IMG/VR virus record: IMGVR_UViG_3300044836_000011
Span: 1-45,240 of that record
Strand: one strand, 5' to 3'
From: a virus
Lineage: Duplodnaviria > Caudoviricetes
Length of the DNA: 45,240 bases
The notes beneath the pieces are model-generated. The model did no database searches. It was not told the origin of the DNA and saw nothing but the letters and a program-made list of their open reading frames with translations. How positions within the stretch are numbered: position 1 is the stretch's first letter; every line of letters begins with the position of its first letter. Of this stretch, positions 17,823 through 28,089 are shown piece after piece. The position numbers and the translations under genes were made by a program.

Positions 17823-20800
17823 GTGTCCTATGACGCGGGCAGCATCGCCTCCACCCTCGACGTCGACCTGCGACCGTTCCACCGCGGGTTGGAGCAGGCG
17901 AAACGCGACGGCCGCGAATTCCAGCGGCAGAAGATTTCGCCCGTCGTCGACCTGGACGACCGGCGCGCCCGCGACAAGATCCTCAGCATCGACGCGCAGT
18001 TGCGTCGCGTCGCGGGGGCGAAAGCGACCGCGACGGTCGCGGTCGAGCACGGGCAGGCGTTGCGGAAGCTGATCGACACGTCCGACCGGCTCGACCGGCT
18101 CGGCAAGGAAGTCGCGACGGCGAGAGCTGACGTCGACACGGACTCGGCGCGGCGCCGGCTGGCCGCGCTCGACATTCAACTGCGGCGGATCGGGCTCATC
18201 ACGTCCCGCCCGAAAGTCACCGTCGACGGTGTCGAGCGGGCGAACCTGCAACTCGACGCGCTCGCCCTGCGGCTCAAAGCGGCCGGCGACGCCGGGAGCG
18301 GCGGGGGCGGCGGTAGTGCGGGCGGTTCGGGTGGCGGCTGGCTGTCCCGGTTCGCGAAGTCGAAGGGGCCGAACCCCGGCTGGATGGGTCTCGGTGTCGG
18401 CGCGGCCCTGCCGCTGGTCGCGCCTGCGGCAGGGCTCGCGGTGGGTGCAGGCGCGTCACTGCTCACCCCGGCCGTCGCCGGGTTGATCGGCCTCGGCGGG
18501 TTCGGCCTTGCCGCGAAGTCGTCGTACACGACCGTCCAAACCGACGTGACGAAGTTGAACAAGTTGGTCGCGCAGTACAACGCGGCGACGACGAACAAGC
18601 AGCGCGCGGCCGCGCTCGCGAAAGAGCAACTGCTGTGGAAGAGCCTCGACCCGGCGCAACGGCAAGCCGTGCGCAACGTGCAAGGGCTCGACGCGGCGTG
18701 GAAGTCGTTTCAGAAGCGGTTGGAGCCGCAGACGTTCGGCGCGCTCGCCGGCGGCGCGAAGGTCGCGAACACCGGCCTCGGGCTGCTGTTGCCGTCGTCG
18801 CGGGCGGCGGGCACGTCGGTGATCGGGTTGGAGCGGTCGACGAACCGCAAGTTGCAGTCACCGTTCTCCCAGTACGTCTCGCAGAACTTCCTGCCCGGTG
18901 AGACGCAACGTGCCATCTCCTCCGGTGGCACCGCGTTGCAGAACACGGTCGCGGGGCTCGGGCACCTGATGGTCGGGTTCGCGCCGCTCGGTGCGGATTT
19001 TGAGCATTGGCTCGTCCGCGTGTCGGGTCGGTTCGAGAAGTGGAGCGAGGGCGGCGGCCCGTCGAAGTTCGTCTCCTGGGTGGAGAAAGAAGGGCCACCG
19101 GCGGCGAAGGCACTCGCCGGGCTCGCGCACGGCCTCGAAGGCGTCGCTGTCGGGCTCGGCCCGATCGCCCGCGTCGAACTCGCCGCGCTGACACCGGCGT
19201 TGAACTTCATCGGTGACCTCGGCAAGCAGAATCCCGAAGTCCTTACCGCGCTCGGTGTCGGCCTGCTAGGTGTTGCCGGTGGTTTGAAGGCGGTTGCGCT
19301 CGCGAAAGGCGCAGCCGGGGGGGCGTCAGTCATCGGCAGAGTCATCGGCAGAGTCACCGGCCTCGGCGGTCGCGGCGGCGGCGGCGGTGGGATTGGCGGT
19401 GTTCTCGGCGGTCGCGGTGGCCCGGGCGGGTCGCCCCTGAACCCGCTGTTCGTCGCCGTTGTTGACCAAGCTCCCGGCGCTCACCTGCCAGGTGGAAAGA
19501 CGGCGAAGAAGGTCCTCGACGACATCAAGAACGCGGGTAGCAAGGTCGCGCAGTACGGGCCTAGCGCATGGGCTTCTCGCGGGTTACTCAAAGCTGGTGG
19601 TCTCGGCAGGGCTGTGCTGCGCGGCGCAGCGGCTGGCCTGGACGTGGCGGCGCTCGCCGACCCGGTCGTGCTCGCGTCGATGTTCGCGGGCAGCGACACG
19701 AACAAAGGCGCACAGCAGGTCGACCCGGTCATCCGGAGCTTGCTCAAGCGGTTCACGGTGAAAAATGGCAGCGTTTACGCGCCAGGCGGCGGGCTCGTAG
19801 TCGGGGATGCAGCACGGGCAGTCCTGTACGGGACTCAACCTCAAACGTCGGGCAAGGTGCTGTCCAACCCGAACTTCCTCGTCCACACCCGCAGCGGTGA
19901 CCTGCTGCCGGACAAGAAGCCCGGCGTGCGGGAAGTGCAACTTCTCGCGCAGGCGTTGAAGGATGCTGCCGCTGCGGCGCGTCCTGCCCGCAACGCGATT
20001 CTTGGGCTGGCTCCGGCAGAGGCGGCAGCGGCCCGGGCGACAGCGACGCACACGGAGAAGATCCAGCAGCAGTGGCGGACGCTCGGCCTCGCGCCGCATT
20101 ACGTCGGGCTCGCGGAAGCCACCGCAGCGGCTGGCGGTCGCAGGATCGGCACGGCGATCAGCGTCGGCATGTCGCAAGGCATCGACCGCGGGTTCAAAAC
20201 GCATGTGCTGCGCGCGGTCACGACGATGGCGGACGGGTCGATCAAAGTTGTGTCGACGAAGTTCCAACTCGGGTCGCCGTCGAAGCTGATGCGCCAGTAC
20301 GGCCTGTGGTCCGGGCAAGGGCTCGGCCTCGGGTTCCTCGACTCGATCCCCGGCATCCAAGCGGCGTTCGCGAAAGGCGCGGCGGCAGGTATCAAAGCCG
20401 TCCGTGCCGGGCTCGCATCCCGGCTCGCCTCGGCGCAGCAGCAACGCGCCGCAGACCGGTCCGCCCGGTCGCAGTTCACGTCGAACCTCGCCGGACAGTA
20501 CGTGTCCGGCCTGAACTTGACAGGTGCGATCGGCCCGGCGGGCAACGTCGGGAACCTGTCCGCCTACATCGGCAACTACGCGGGGTCGCTGCGAACGCTA
20601 GGCATCGACGTGAAGAAGCTGCGCGGCAAGCATCTGTCACCCGGGCTGCTCGACGTGATCGCGCAAGCCGGGCCCGTGCAAGGCGCCGCGCTCGCCCAGT
20701 CGATCCTGTCCGGCCATTCCGGGTCGATCAACACCCTGAACCGCAACTTCGCGGCGGTCGGCACCTACGCGAACCGCGCCGCCGGTCAGGACGCCGCCGC

Positions 20801-20942
20801 GCAGTTCGCGGCGACGCTTGCGAAAGACGACCAGATGATCCGGCTCCTCAACGAACTGGTGCAACTCGCGAAGAAGAACCCGCAGGCACTCGCCGCCGCG
20901 TTCGACACCACCGTCCGGGGAGCGAAGACCCATGGCCGGTGA
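17823..20942 (+). CDS. Tape measure protein
   Basis: 1039 aa, Ala/Gly-rich; AGSIASTLDVD N-terminus; GSPSKLM motif. Confidence 0.92.
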   Translation: MSYDAGSIASTLDVDLRPFHRGLEQAKRDGREFQRQKISPVVDLDDRRARDKILSIDAQLRRVAGAKATATVAVEHGQALRKLIDTSDRLDRLGKEVATARADVDTDSARRRLAALDIQLRRIGLITSRPKVTVDGVERANLQLDALALRLKAAGDAGSGGGGGSAGGSGGGWLSRFAKSKGPNPGWMGLGVGAALPLVAPAAGLAVGAGASLLTPAVAGLIGLGGFGLAAKSSYTTVQTDVTKLNKLVAQYNAATTNKQRAAALAKEQLLWKSLDPAQRQAVRNVQGLDAAWKSFQKRLEPQTFGALAGGAKVANTGLGLLLPSSRAAGTSVIGLERSTNRKLQSPFSQYVSQNFLPGETQRAISSGGTALQNTVAGLGHLMVGFAPLGADFEHWLVRVSGRFEKWSEGGGPSKFVSWVEKEGPPAAKALAGLAHGLEGVAVGLGPIARVELAALTPALNFIGDLGKQNPEVLTALGVGLLGVAGGLKAVALAKGAAGGASVIGRVIGRVTGLGGRGGGGGGIGGVLGGRGGPGGSPLNPLFVAVVDQAPGAHLPGGKTAKKVLDDIKNAGSKVAQYGPSAWASRGLLKAGGLGRAVLRGAAAGLDVAALADPVVLASMFAGSDTNKGAQQVDPVIRSLLKRFTVKNGSVYAPGGGLVVGDAARAVLYGTQPQTSGKVLSNPNFLVHTRSGDLLPDKKPGVREVQLLAQALKDAAAAARPARNAILGLAPAEAAAARATATHTEKIQQQWRTLGLAPHYVGLAEATAAAGGRRIGTAISVGMSQGIDRGFKTHVLRAVTTMADGSIKVVSTKFQLGSPSKLMRQYGLWSGQGLGLGFLDSIPGIQAAFAKGAAAGIKAVRAGLASRLASAQQQRAADRSARSQFTSNLAGQYVSGLNLTGAIGPAGNVGNLSAYIGNYAGSLRTLGIDVKKLRGKHLSPGLLDVIAQAGPVQGAALAQSILSGHSGSINTLNRNFAAVGTYANRAAGQDAAAQFAATLAKDDQMIRLLNELVQLAKKNPQALAAAFDTTVRGAKTHGR

Positions 20943-22644
20943 CAGCCTCAACCTCGCCGGCTACGAACTGCTCGGCGGCGTCACCGCGTTTTCGTTGGTC
21001 AAGGACACGTTCGACCTCGGCGTGGCGCAGCCCGACACCGCCTACATTTCCTCGCTGCTGCTCGACGGCGACGTGCAGACGTCCGACGTCACGCACAGCC
21101 GCACCGTCACGTTCACGCTGCTCGTCCGGCCGGCGTCCCGGTCCGACTTGTCGGTGCAGGTGAACGCGCTCGCCCTCGCGCTCAACGTGCGCCGCGGCAC
21201 CACGTTCCCGCTGACGTGGACGCCCAACGGCGGCCTGCCGGTCATCTACGACTGTCAACGCGCGACTGTCGTCCCGCAGCATTCGATCCTGCGGGACAAC
21301 CAACTCGTCGGCTACGTGACCGTCACGTTCCTCGCGACACCGTTCGGCCGGTCCCCCGACGTCAAGTCGATCGTGACAGCAACATCGGTGCAGATCGACT
21401 CCTACGACACCGCGCCGACCGGCGGCACGCTGAACACGACGCAGAAGATCGAAGGAACCGGGGCGGCGAACGTCACCGGCAACCGGCTCGGCAGCACGTA
21501 CAACTACACGCCCGCGACCCCGGTTAGCCGCTCGTTCGCGGCGAAAGACCTCAGCGCGTTCTCTAACGCGACCGTGCAAGCTCAAGCCGCGAACGGCGCG
21601 CACCTGACGTTGACGTTGACCCTCACCTCAGCGTCCGGATCAACTACCTACCCGACTGTCACGATGGGGTGGAGCGCGCCGTACAACACCGGGTTCCAGT
21701 TAGTCGCAATCCCGCTTACCGGCGGCACGGTTACCGCAGGCACCGGTGTCACCCTGTCTGCGGTCACGTCGTACAGCCTCGCCATGACCTACAACCAGTA
21801 CAACTTCAGCCCACCCGCGACCGCGACCTGGACGATCGACGATCTCCGCGGCATCGGATCGTCATCGACTCTCGCATCGACGACCCGCGGGACGTTGCTG
21901 CTCGTCCCGAACGTCGTCGGCTCCGCGCGTACACCGGTCAGCCTTGCGGCGACCGGCACGATCAACAGTCTGCTCGCGCACCGGCCGCCGTCCGACCAAG
22001 ACGGCAACCTGCAAATCCTCACCGGCATCACCGTCGCCGCGTCACCGTCACATCCGGCCGCGTCGACGGTCGCGGCGGTCAACAGCCGGTTCGGCGGCAC
22101 CTACTCGGCGGTCCTCGGCATCTCCACGGTCGGAGCCGCCGGGGCCAACACCGTCACCGTCACGGTCACGCAACTGTCGAACGGCGTCTCGGTCGCCAGC
22201 CAAGCGCTCACCGGCACGTACACGTCGCCGCAAGGCGACCGGCTCGTCAAGCTCGGCGAGATCACCCTGCCGTTGCGCCGCGTCCCCGGCGACAACACGA
22301 CCACCACCTACACGGTCGACGTCAACCACACCGTAGGTGCCGACTTCTACTCCGACTTCATGCTCCTCGACACTCGCGGGCAGACCGTCATCGCCGACCC
22401 GCCCGCCGCCGTTGCAGCCGTCTACCTCGACGCACCGACCGGGCTGCTCGAACTCGGCGCCGTGTACGTGTCCGCGGCCGGGAACCGCACCGACGCCTAC
22501 TGCATCGACGACACGTCGCTGCCGCTCGGCGGACCCTTCCAGTTCGAACCGGGGAACAACCGAATGCTCATCTGGTCCGACACCGCCGCACCGACATTGA
22601 CGACCACCTACTACCCGCTGTGGCTGCACGAACGAGCCGCATAG
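20932..22644 (+). CDS. Minor tail protein (distal-tail-like)
   Basis: Follows TMP; Thr-rich; ends FEPGNNRM...TYYPLW as Dit-like proteins do. Confidence 0.75.
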   Translation: MAGDSLNLAGYELLGGVTAFSLVKDTFDLGVAQPDTAYISSLLLDGDVQTSDVTHSRTVTFTLLVRPASRSDLSVQVNALALALNVRRGTTFPLTWTPNGGLPVIYDCQRATVVPQHSILRDNQLVGYVTVTFLATPFGRSPDVKSIVTATSVQIDSYDTAPTGGTLNTTQKIEGTGAANVTGNRLGSTYNYTPATPVSRSFAAKDLSAFSNATVQAQAANGAHLTLTLTLTSASGSTTYPTVTMGWSAPYNTGFQLVAIPLTGGTVTAGTGVTLSAVTSYSLAMTYNQYNFSPPATATWTIDDLRGIGSSSTLASTTRGTLLLVPNVVGSARTPVSLAATGTINSLLAHRPPSDQDGNLQILTGITVAASPSHPAASTVAAVNSRFGGTYSAVLGISTVGAAGANTVTVTVTQLSNGVSVASQALTGTYTSPQGDRLVKLGEITLPLRRVPGDNTTTTYTVDVNHTVGADFYSDFMLLDTRGQTVIADPPAAVAAVYLDAPTGLLELGAVYVSAAGNRTDAYCIDDTSLPLGGPFQFEPGNNRMLIWSDTAAPTLTTTYYPLWLHERAA

Positions 22645-22647
22645 CCC

Positions 22648-23985
22648 ATGTCGCGGCTGCCCGCTTACTCGGAGGCGCCCGGCGGCGGCGACCGCGTCTA
22701 CCTCGACTCGCTCGGCCCCATCCGCGGACTGCGGCTGTCGACGACCGTCAACGGCGACCAAGGCGCCTCCTGGCAGGCCGCTTTGGACCCTCGGCTCGAC
22801 CATCGGGCGTTGCAACCCGGCCGGATTATCGGCGTCCCGATCAGCCTCGCGCAAGCCTGGCAAGGCGTGCTGGACACGCCGCAGCGCGGCACCGTCTGGC
22901 AGTTCACCGCCACCGGAACCGCGGCGCTGCTCGACCGGTGGTCGGCGATCGACACGACCGCCGCAGGCAACGCGCTGAACTGCAACGAGATCGTCGACGA
23001 GGCGATCAGCCGGGGTCTCGTCGCGTCCCGCGGCGCGTTGCCGTCGCTGCCCGCCGGGACGCAACCCTCCGGGTCGCTCACCCTCGCCGCGGCGCTCACG
23101 CAGGTCACGTCCGGGCTCAACCAGTGGTGGAACATCTCCCGCGCGAAGAAGATCACCGCCGCCGCGCTCCCCACCGCCCTCGCCTACCTGCTGAAAGCGC
23201 AGGACAACGCAGGCGGCCGAACAGTCGACGGGTTCGTGACCGACGTCACCGTGACCTATCTGAACGCCGCCACCTACCGGCTCGCGGCGCTGCAACGCGC
23301 CAACACGACCGCCCGCGCGAAATACGGCCGGTTCGAACAGACCCTCGACCTCACCGGCGAAGGACCGTTGACGACCGCGCAAGCCCAAACCCGCGGCGAC
23401 AACTACCTCACCTTGAACGCACCCCGACTCAAGTTCGCCGGAGCCTTCCTCGTCGCCCACGGGCAACTCCTCACCCCCGGCGGCACACCCGTCGACCTCG
23501 CGACCGTCCAATCCGGCACGCTGACCCAAGTGATGCTCACCGACCCCGACACCGCCGCCGGCGAACTGGCGCTCGGACCGGTGCAGATCGTCGGAGGCCA
23601 AACCGACTACGACGTCGACGCCGACCAGTTGACCCTCACCCCGCTCGACTACTCCCCGCAAGGACTCGCCGCGCTCGTCGGCTCCACGTCAACCGGCGGC
23701 TCGTCGACCGCCGTCGCCTACCTGCCCGCACCGAACATCGACCGGGGCTCCGCGCCCGTCACGCTGACCGCCGCCGCCAACGGATTCACCTCCGTCGTGT
23801 TCAACCAGACGTTCACCGTCGCGCCGGAAGTGATCCTCACCCAAGCGTCCCTGCCCGCCGGCAGCGGCCGGCTCGTCCCGAAAAGCCTGAACGTCACCAC
23901 AACCGGCTTCGACCTGTACTGCTACACGGGTGACGGCACCACCACCACGACAACCGTCACGGTCGCATGGGTCGCAGTCGGATGA
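22648..23985 (+). CDS. Minor tail protein (hub) with C-terminal H-lectin-like tip domain
   Basis: ARAKYGRFE hub motif; VVFNQTFTVAPEV...NVTTTGF...VAWVAVG. Confidence 0.75.
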   Translation: MSRLPAYSEAPGGGDRVYLDSLGPIRGLRLSTTVNGDQGASWQAALDPRLDHRALQPGRIIGVPISLAQAWQGVLDTPQRGTVWQFTATGTAALLDRWSAIDTTAAGNALNCNEIVDEAISRGLVASRGALPSLPAGTQPSGSLTLAAALTQVTSGLNQWWNISRAKKITAAALPTALAYLLKAQDNAGGRTVDGFVTDVTVTYLNAATYRLAALQRANTTARAKYGRFEQTLDLTGEGPLTTAQAQTRGDNYLTLNAPRLKFAGAFLVAHGQLLTPGGTPVDLATVQSGTLTQVMLTDPDTAAGELALGPVQIVGGQTDYDVDADQLTLTPLDYSPQGLAALVGSTSTGGSSTAVAYLPAPNIDRGSAPVTLTAAANGFTSVVFNQTFTVAPEVILTQASLPAGSGRLVPKSLNVTTTGFDLYCYTGDGTTTTTTVTVAWVAVG

Positions 23986-24263
23986 CCATGCTCGCCGCTG
24001 CCGCGTCGACGGACCCGACCGCAGTATTCCTCCAGTACGGCGTCGTCGGCGCGTTGTGTGTCGTGCTGGCTGTCGTACTTAGCCGGGTCAGTTGGGCGGC
24101 ATACAAGCGGGAACGGGAACGCGCCGACAAAGCCGAAGCGAAACTAGACGTCGTCAACGAACGGATAACCACCCGCTTAGAAGATGTAGTTCGCAGCGCC
24201 GGTCAGGCCCTCGCCGCCGCAAACGAATACCTGCGTGACCTGGCGAAAGAACGAGGCCGATGA
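23982..24263 (+). CDS. Lysis-cassette membrane protein (holin-like, 1 TM + coiled coil)
   Basis: LQYGVVGALCVVLAVVL followed by RERERADKAE. Confidence 0.65.
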   Translation: MTMLAAAASTDPTAVFLQYGVVGALCVVLAVVLSRVSWAAYKRERERADKAEAKLDVVNERITTRLEDVVRSAGQALAAANEYLRDLAKERGR

Positions 24264-24454
24264 TGAGCATCTTCCACCGACGACATGACCGACCGCCAAC
24301 GCCACAGTCGGATTCGGCGGCGTTAGCGCGACTCGATCTGATCGCCGACGAAACGGTCGAACTGGCAAACCAACTCCGCGAGACGGTCGGGATTCTGCGC
24401 GATCAAGCCGCCCGCCAAGGCATGAAGGGTGCTCATGAGCATGGACCAGTCTGA
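24260..24454 (+). CDS. Small hypothetical protein
   Basis: ATGA coupling; helical. Confidence 0.5.
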   Translation: MMSIFHRRHDRPPTPQSDSAALARLDLIADETVELANQLRETVGILRDQAARQGMKGAHEHGPV

Positions 24455-24872
24455 GCCTCGACCGTTGCCTTCCGACGCGTTGCTGGCGGGGCTCGCTGCC
24501 CGCGCCGGTGAACTGTCCACCGCTGCGGAACATCTGCGTGAGGCGTACCGGTTCTCTCGCGTGCTCAAGGCGGTCGTCGGTGTCGCGGTCGTCGTCCTGG
24601 TCGGCATCGTCGTGATCGCGGTGTTGCAGTTGCGGGTATCGAGTGAGAACCGGCGGACCGGGCAGTTGATCGCCGGTTGCACGACCCCGGGCGGCAAATG
24701 TTACGAGCGTGGGCAGGCGCAGACCGCGTCCGCGGTTGCGGCGATCGTCGCGCTGATCGACGAGCGTGTCCGCACCGACCTGGCTGCCGCCCACGCGTGC
24801 GCGGCCGCGCACACCGACGCGGCGTTCGCCGCCTGCATGGCCCGGAAGCTGCCGGCGCCAAGGCTCCCGTAG
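24435..24872 (+). CDS. Lysis-cassette membrane protein (1 TM, Cys pairs)
   Basis: TM segment followed by CTTPGGKC and AC...AC. Confidence 0.65.
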   Translation: MSMDQSEPRPLPSDALLAGLAARAGELSTAAEHLREAYRFSRVLKAVVGVAVVVLVGIVVIAVLQLRVSSENRRTGQLIAGCTTPGGKCYERGQAQTASAVAAIVALIDERVRTDLAAAHACAAAHTDAAFAACMARKLPAPRLP

Positions 24873-24986
24873 CACTACCTCGTCCCAGGAACCGTCCCCG
24901 CCCCGCGGTCGCCACCACGACACCGGCGCGGACATGCGTCCTGTTCGTGTGCACGACCCGCTGACCTCACAGATTGGACTCATCGC

Positions 24987-25808
24987 GTGACCGCTACCGC
25001 CGCTATCGCGCTCGACCGGTTCGCCGGCCTCAACGGAACGACCGAGCACCCGCACGGGTCGAACCATGTGCCTGGCATCACCGACTTCCTACACACCGCC
25101 GGTGGCGCGCGCACCGGCGACAGCCCGTGGTGCTGCGAAACCGTGTCCCGTGTCTTGTTCGACGTCGGGATCTACGACCTGTGCGACCCGAAACGGTTCG
25201 GCGGCTGGGTAAACGGCTGCGCCTACGTGCCCTACATCACCCGCGCGTTCCGCGGCACCGCGAAGTGGATCGACAAAGGCAAGGAGCTGCCGGGCGATCT
25301 CGTCATCTTCCGGTGGGGCGGTCCTGGCTCCGACCCGGACGGCGACCACATCGGGATGGTCGTGCGTCGCGGCCTGTTCACCTGTGAAGGCAACGCGGCC
25401 GGTCCTGACGGCTACGACGAGGTTGCGCAGCACACCCGCGACTACTCGGTCGTGCTCGGTTTCGTCCGGCCGAGCTACGGTCGCGCGCAGAAGCCTCCGC
25501 CGCCCCGTCCCGCGCCGATCGTCGCGCCGAAACCCGTCACCGGGGAGCCGCCGTACCGGCGCGCGTTGTTCCTCACCTCCCCGCATCTACTCAGCGGCGC
25601 GGACGTGACTGCGTGGCAGCGGAAGATGCTCGCCCGCGGCTGGCGCGCCATCGGCGCAGCGGACGGCGTCTACGGGCTGAAGAGCGCGTCGGTCGCCGGG
25701 CAGTTCCAAGCCGACAGCGACGCGCATGGATGGCGCGTCGGCGCGGTCGACCAGATCGTCGGCCCTCTGACGTGGCACGCGACTTGGGCAAGGCCGGTGA
25801 CCCGGTGA
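24987..25808 (+). CDS. Endolysin: CHAP domain + peptidoglycan-binding domain
   Basis: PWC, PGDLVIF, DHIGMV, EGN; Pro-rich linker; GADVTAWQ...DGVYG...FQ...DQIVGPLTW. Confidence 0.88.
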   Translation: MTATAAIALDRFAGLNGTTEHPHGSNHVPGITDFLHTAGGARTGDSPWCCETVSRVLFDVGIYDLCDPKRFGGWVNGCAYVPYITRAFRGTAKWIDKGKELPGDLVIFRWGGPGSDPDGDHIGMVVRRGLFTCEGNAAGPDGYDEVAQHTRDYSVVLGFVRPSYGRAQKPPPPRPAPIVAPKPVTGEPPYRRALFLTSPHLLSGADVTAWQRKMLARGWRAIGAADGVYGLKSASVAGQFQADSDAHGWRVGAVDQIVGPLTWHATWARPVTR

Positions 25809-26773
25809 CCCTGCCGCCGAAGATGCGATCTTGGCTCGTTGACGTCGGCGAGCGGGTCGGGTCGTCGTTCGTCGAGGCGGTCGTCGCGGCGGTGACCGCT
25901 GGCGCGCTCGCGAAGGGCGTCAACGCGACGACGGGGCATGTCCTGCTCGTCGCCGGGCTGACCGCTGCGGCGGCGACGTTGAAGGGCGTTCTCGCGCCGC
26001 TGGTGAAGGGTTCGGTGTCCCCGGCGTCGCTCGCTCCCGCGTCGAAGGCCGAGCCGACGTCGTCGCCCAGTCATCTCGCTCTGCTGCCGAAGCCGAAGGG
26101 CCGCAAGGGCGGCGCGCTCCCGTCGCCACGCGATGACCGCGACTACAAGGCGAGGCTGCCGCGTGCCATCCCGGCCAGCGTCGACTACGGCGCTGGCATC
26201 ACCTGGCGGATGCTGCTGAACGACCGGCTCGGCGACTGCTACCCCGCCGCGTTCCTGCACGCGCTGCAAGTCCTCACCGGCTACACCCCGGTCGACGCCG
26301 ACGCGCTCGCGATCTACGAGCAGGTCACCGGCTACGACCCGACCCGCACCGACGCGCACGGCAACAATCCGACCGACCGGGGCACCGCCGGACGTCCGCT
26401 GTTCGACTGGGCGCGACGTGAGAGCCTCATCAAGTCCTACGCCGCTGTCCCGGCCACACGCAGTGCCGTCAAGGCCGCGATCGCCGGGCACAAGGCAGTC
26501 CTCTGCGAATGGGCGCTGCCGGTCGGCGCGGAAGTCGAAGGCGACATGTGGACGATGCCGCGCGGCCAACGCGCCGCCGGGTCGTGGGGCTATCACGCGA
26601 CCGTCGAAGTCGGCTACACGACGACAAGGAACCGCAACGTCACCTGGGGCGAGGAAGGCTCGGTGACGCCGTCGTTCGAGGACGCCTACCTGCAAGCCGC
26701 ATGGGTGATCGAAGTTCCGCCCACTGCCATGGCCAGCACTGCGGCGATCATGGCGAGGGTTCGCGGTGCGTGA
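25805..26773 (+). CDS. r1t-type holin fused to a papain-like cysteine peptidase domain
   Basis: WLVDVGERVGSSF + 2 TM + SPASL; then SVDY...NDRLGDC...GYHATVEVGY...VTWG. Confidence 0.7.
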   Translation: MTLPPKMRSWLVDVGERVGSSFVEAVVAAVTAGALAKGVNATTGHVLLVAGLTAAAATLKGVLAPLVKGSVSPASLAPASKAEPTSSPSHLALLPKPKGRKGGALPSPRDDRDYKARLPRAIPASVDYGAGITWRMLLNDRLGDCYPAAFLHALQVLTGYTPVDADALAIYEQVTGYDPTRTDAHGNNPTDRGTAGRPLFDWARRESLIKSYAAVPATRSAVKAAIAGHKAVLCEWALPVGAEVEGDMWTMPRGQRAAGSWGYHATVEVGYTTTRNRNVTWGEEGSVTPSFEDAYLQAAWVIEVPPTAMASTAAIMARVRGA

Positions 26774-26981
26774 GCATCGACACCTACTCACGCTGCACCG
26801 GCACCCCGGTCGGTTGGCATGGCCGCTGCGGTGCGGCCGCTGGCATTGGCACGCCTGGTGGTCGCACGCCCACGGCCGATGAACGCGCGTTCGCCGGCTG
26901 TTCTCCGCGCCGCTGGACTACCTGTGGCCGGTCGCCACGACGCTCGCCGCGGTCATCAGCTCCGACCGGCTCAACCGTTGG

Positions 26982-27224
26982 CTACGGCTCGACGATGGCA
27001 GCTACGAACCGGACGTCAGCTAGACCGGCGGGCTCGATGTCGATGGTGAAAGCTCCGTCGCCCTCGTCCTTGACGTCGACTACGCGGAAGTCTCGATCTG
27101 TGCCGTCGAACCGGATGATCGCGCCCTTCCTCGGTGGCGTCAGCCCGGCCAGCGCCGTGTACGTCACGGTCAGTCGTCCGAGCGACATGTCGCCGTTCCA
27201 CATCTCCGTAGCCACGTCATCCAT
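26982..27224 (-). CDS. Hypothetical protein
   Basis: AGAGAGG RBS; last gene of the leftward operon. Confidence 0.5.
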   Translation of the reverse strand: MDDVATEMWNGDMSLGRLTVTYTALAGLTPPRKGAIIRFDGTDRDFRVVDVKDEGDGAFTIDIEPAGLADVRFVAAIVEP

Positions 27225-27273
27225 CCTCTCTACGTCCGCCTCATTCGCGTGCTTCCCGACGCGAGTGGGGCGG

Positions 27274-28089
27274 TCATTCGTATTTCTTCCAGTGGGATTC
27301 GTAGGCGTAGATCATCCAGTCGTTGACCGCGTCGAGGTTCGGAGCGGGGGGGAGCGGAGAGTCGTCGCGGTCGACCAGCACGGCTAGTCGCTCGCGGTTG
27401 CGGCGAATCAGGTCGTGGACGTCCTCCGCAGCGACCTGGCCGCTCTTGACCTGCACGCAGAGCACCCGCTCGTTCTCGCGCATCGGCAGTGAGAGGCGGC
27501 CGGTCTCCATCAGTTCGATGCCTTGCAGGCTCAGCCGTAGCGCGTGGCTCGCGTACTTCACGTCGAAGCCGAACCGCTCGACCAGTTCGGGTCGTTTCGG
27601 GACGCGGTTCTGCTTCCCACCGCCGAGCATCCGCTCGTGCTGTTGGTCGAGGTAGCCCAAGAAGCGGCGCCCAACCTGGCGGGAGACGATCTGCGGGGCA
27701 AGCTTGCGTAGCTGCCAACCGCGCACGGTGAAGACCGACAGGGCGGTGGACGGCGCGTACAACGGCAACAGGATTGTCGGATTGCCGGCGAGCGCGAGGC
27801 GCATGTACTTGCGGAGGCTGTAGACCGTCAGGTCGATGTCGCCGGGACCGGAGCGGACGCCTTCCGGTTGGGTGCGGGAGACGTACTGATCGAAGGACTT
27901 GCGAACGCCGATGACATAGTCGGGTGGTTCGATGAACACGCCCATCTCGTCGTGGTCGTCGGTGCCTTCGATGGCGATGCCGTGCACGCCCGAGCCGACG
28001 ACGCTTCGCAGAATCTCGTTGCTCTCCGCTACCTGACGGTCGCCGTACTCGACATTCGGTCGCGCTGCCACGTCCCCGCTACCAGCCAT
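27274..28089 (-). CDS. Pol-beta-family nucleotidyltransferase (RlaP/YcgL-like)
   Basis: GSGVHG...DDHDEMGVF, YSLRKY...GNP, FDVKYASHALRL. Confidence 0.85.
   Translation of the reverse strand: MAGSGDVAARPNVEYGDRQVAESNEILRSVVGSGVHGIAIEGTDDHDEMGVFIEPPDYVIGVRKSFDQYVSRTQPEGVRSGPGDIDLTVYSLRKYMRLALAGNPTILLPLYAPSTALSVFTVRGWQLRKLAPQIVSRQVGRRFLGYLDQQHERMLGGGKQNRVPKRPELVERFGFDVKYASHALRLSLQGIELMETGRLSLPMRENERVLCVQVKSGQVAAEDVHDLIRRNRERLAVLVDRDDSPLPPAPNLDAVNDWMIYAYESHWKKYE

Noticed and set aside
21669-23933. 754-aa plus-strand alternative-frame ORF and 537-aa minus-strand ORF
   Set aside because: Arg-rich off-frame and antisense shadows of the minor tail genes
26766-27023. Small plus-strand ORFs after the holin fusion
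   Set aside because: Several short frames are possible, none with a convincing RBS or motif; left uncalled
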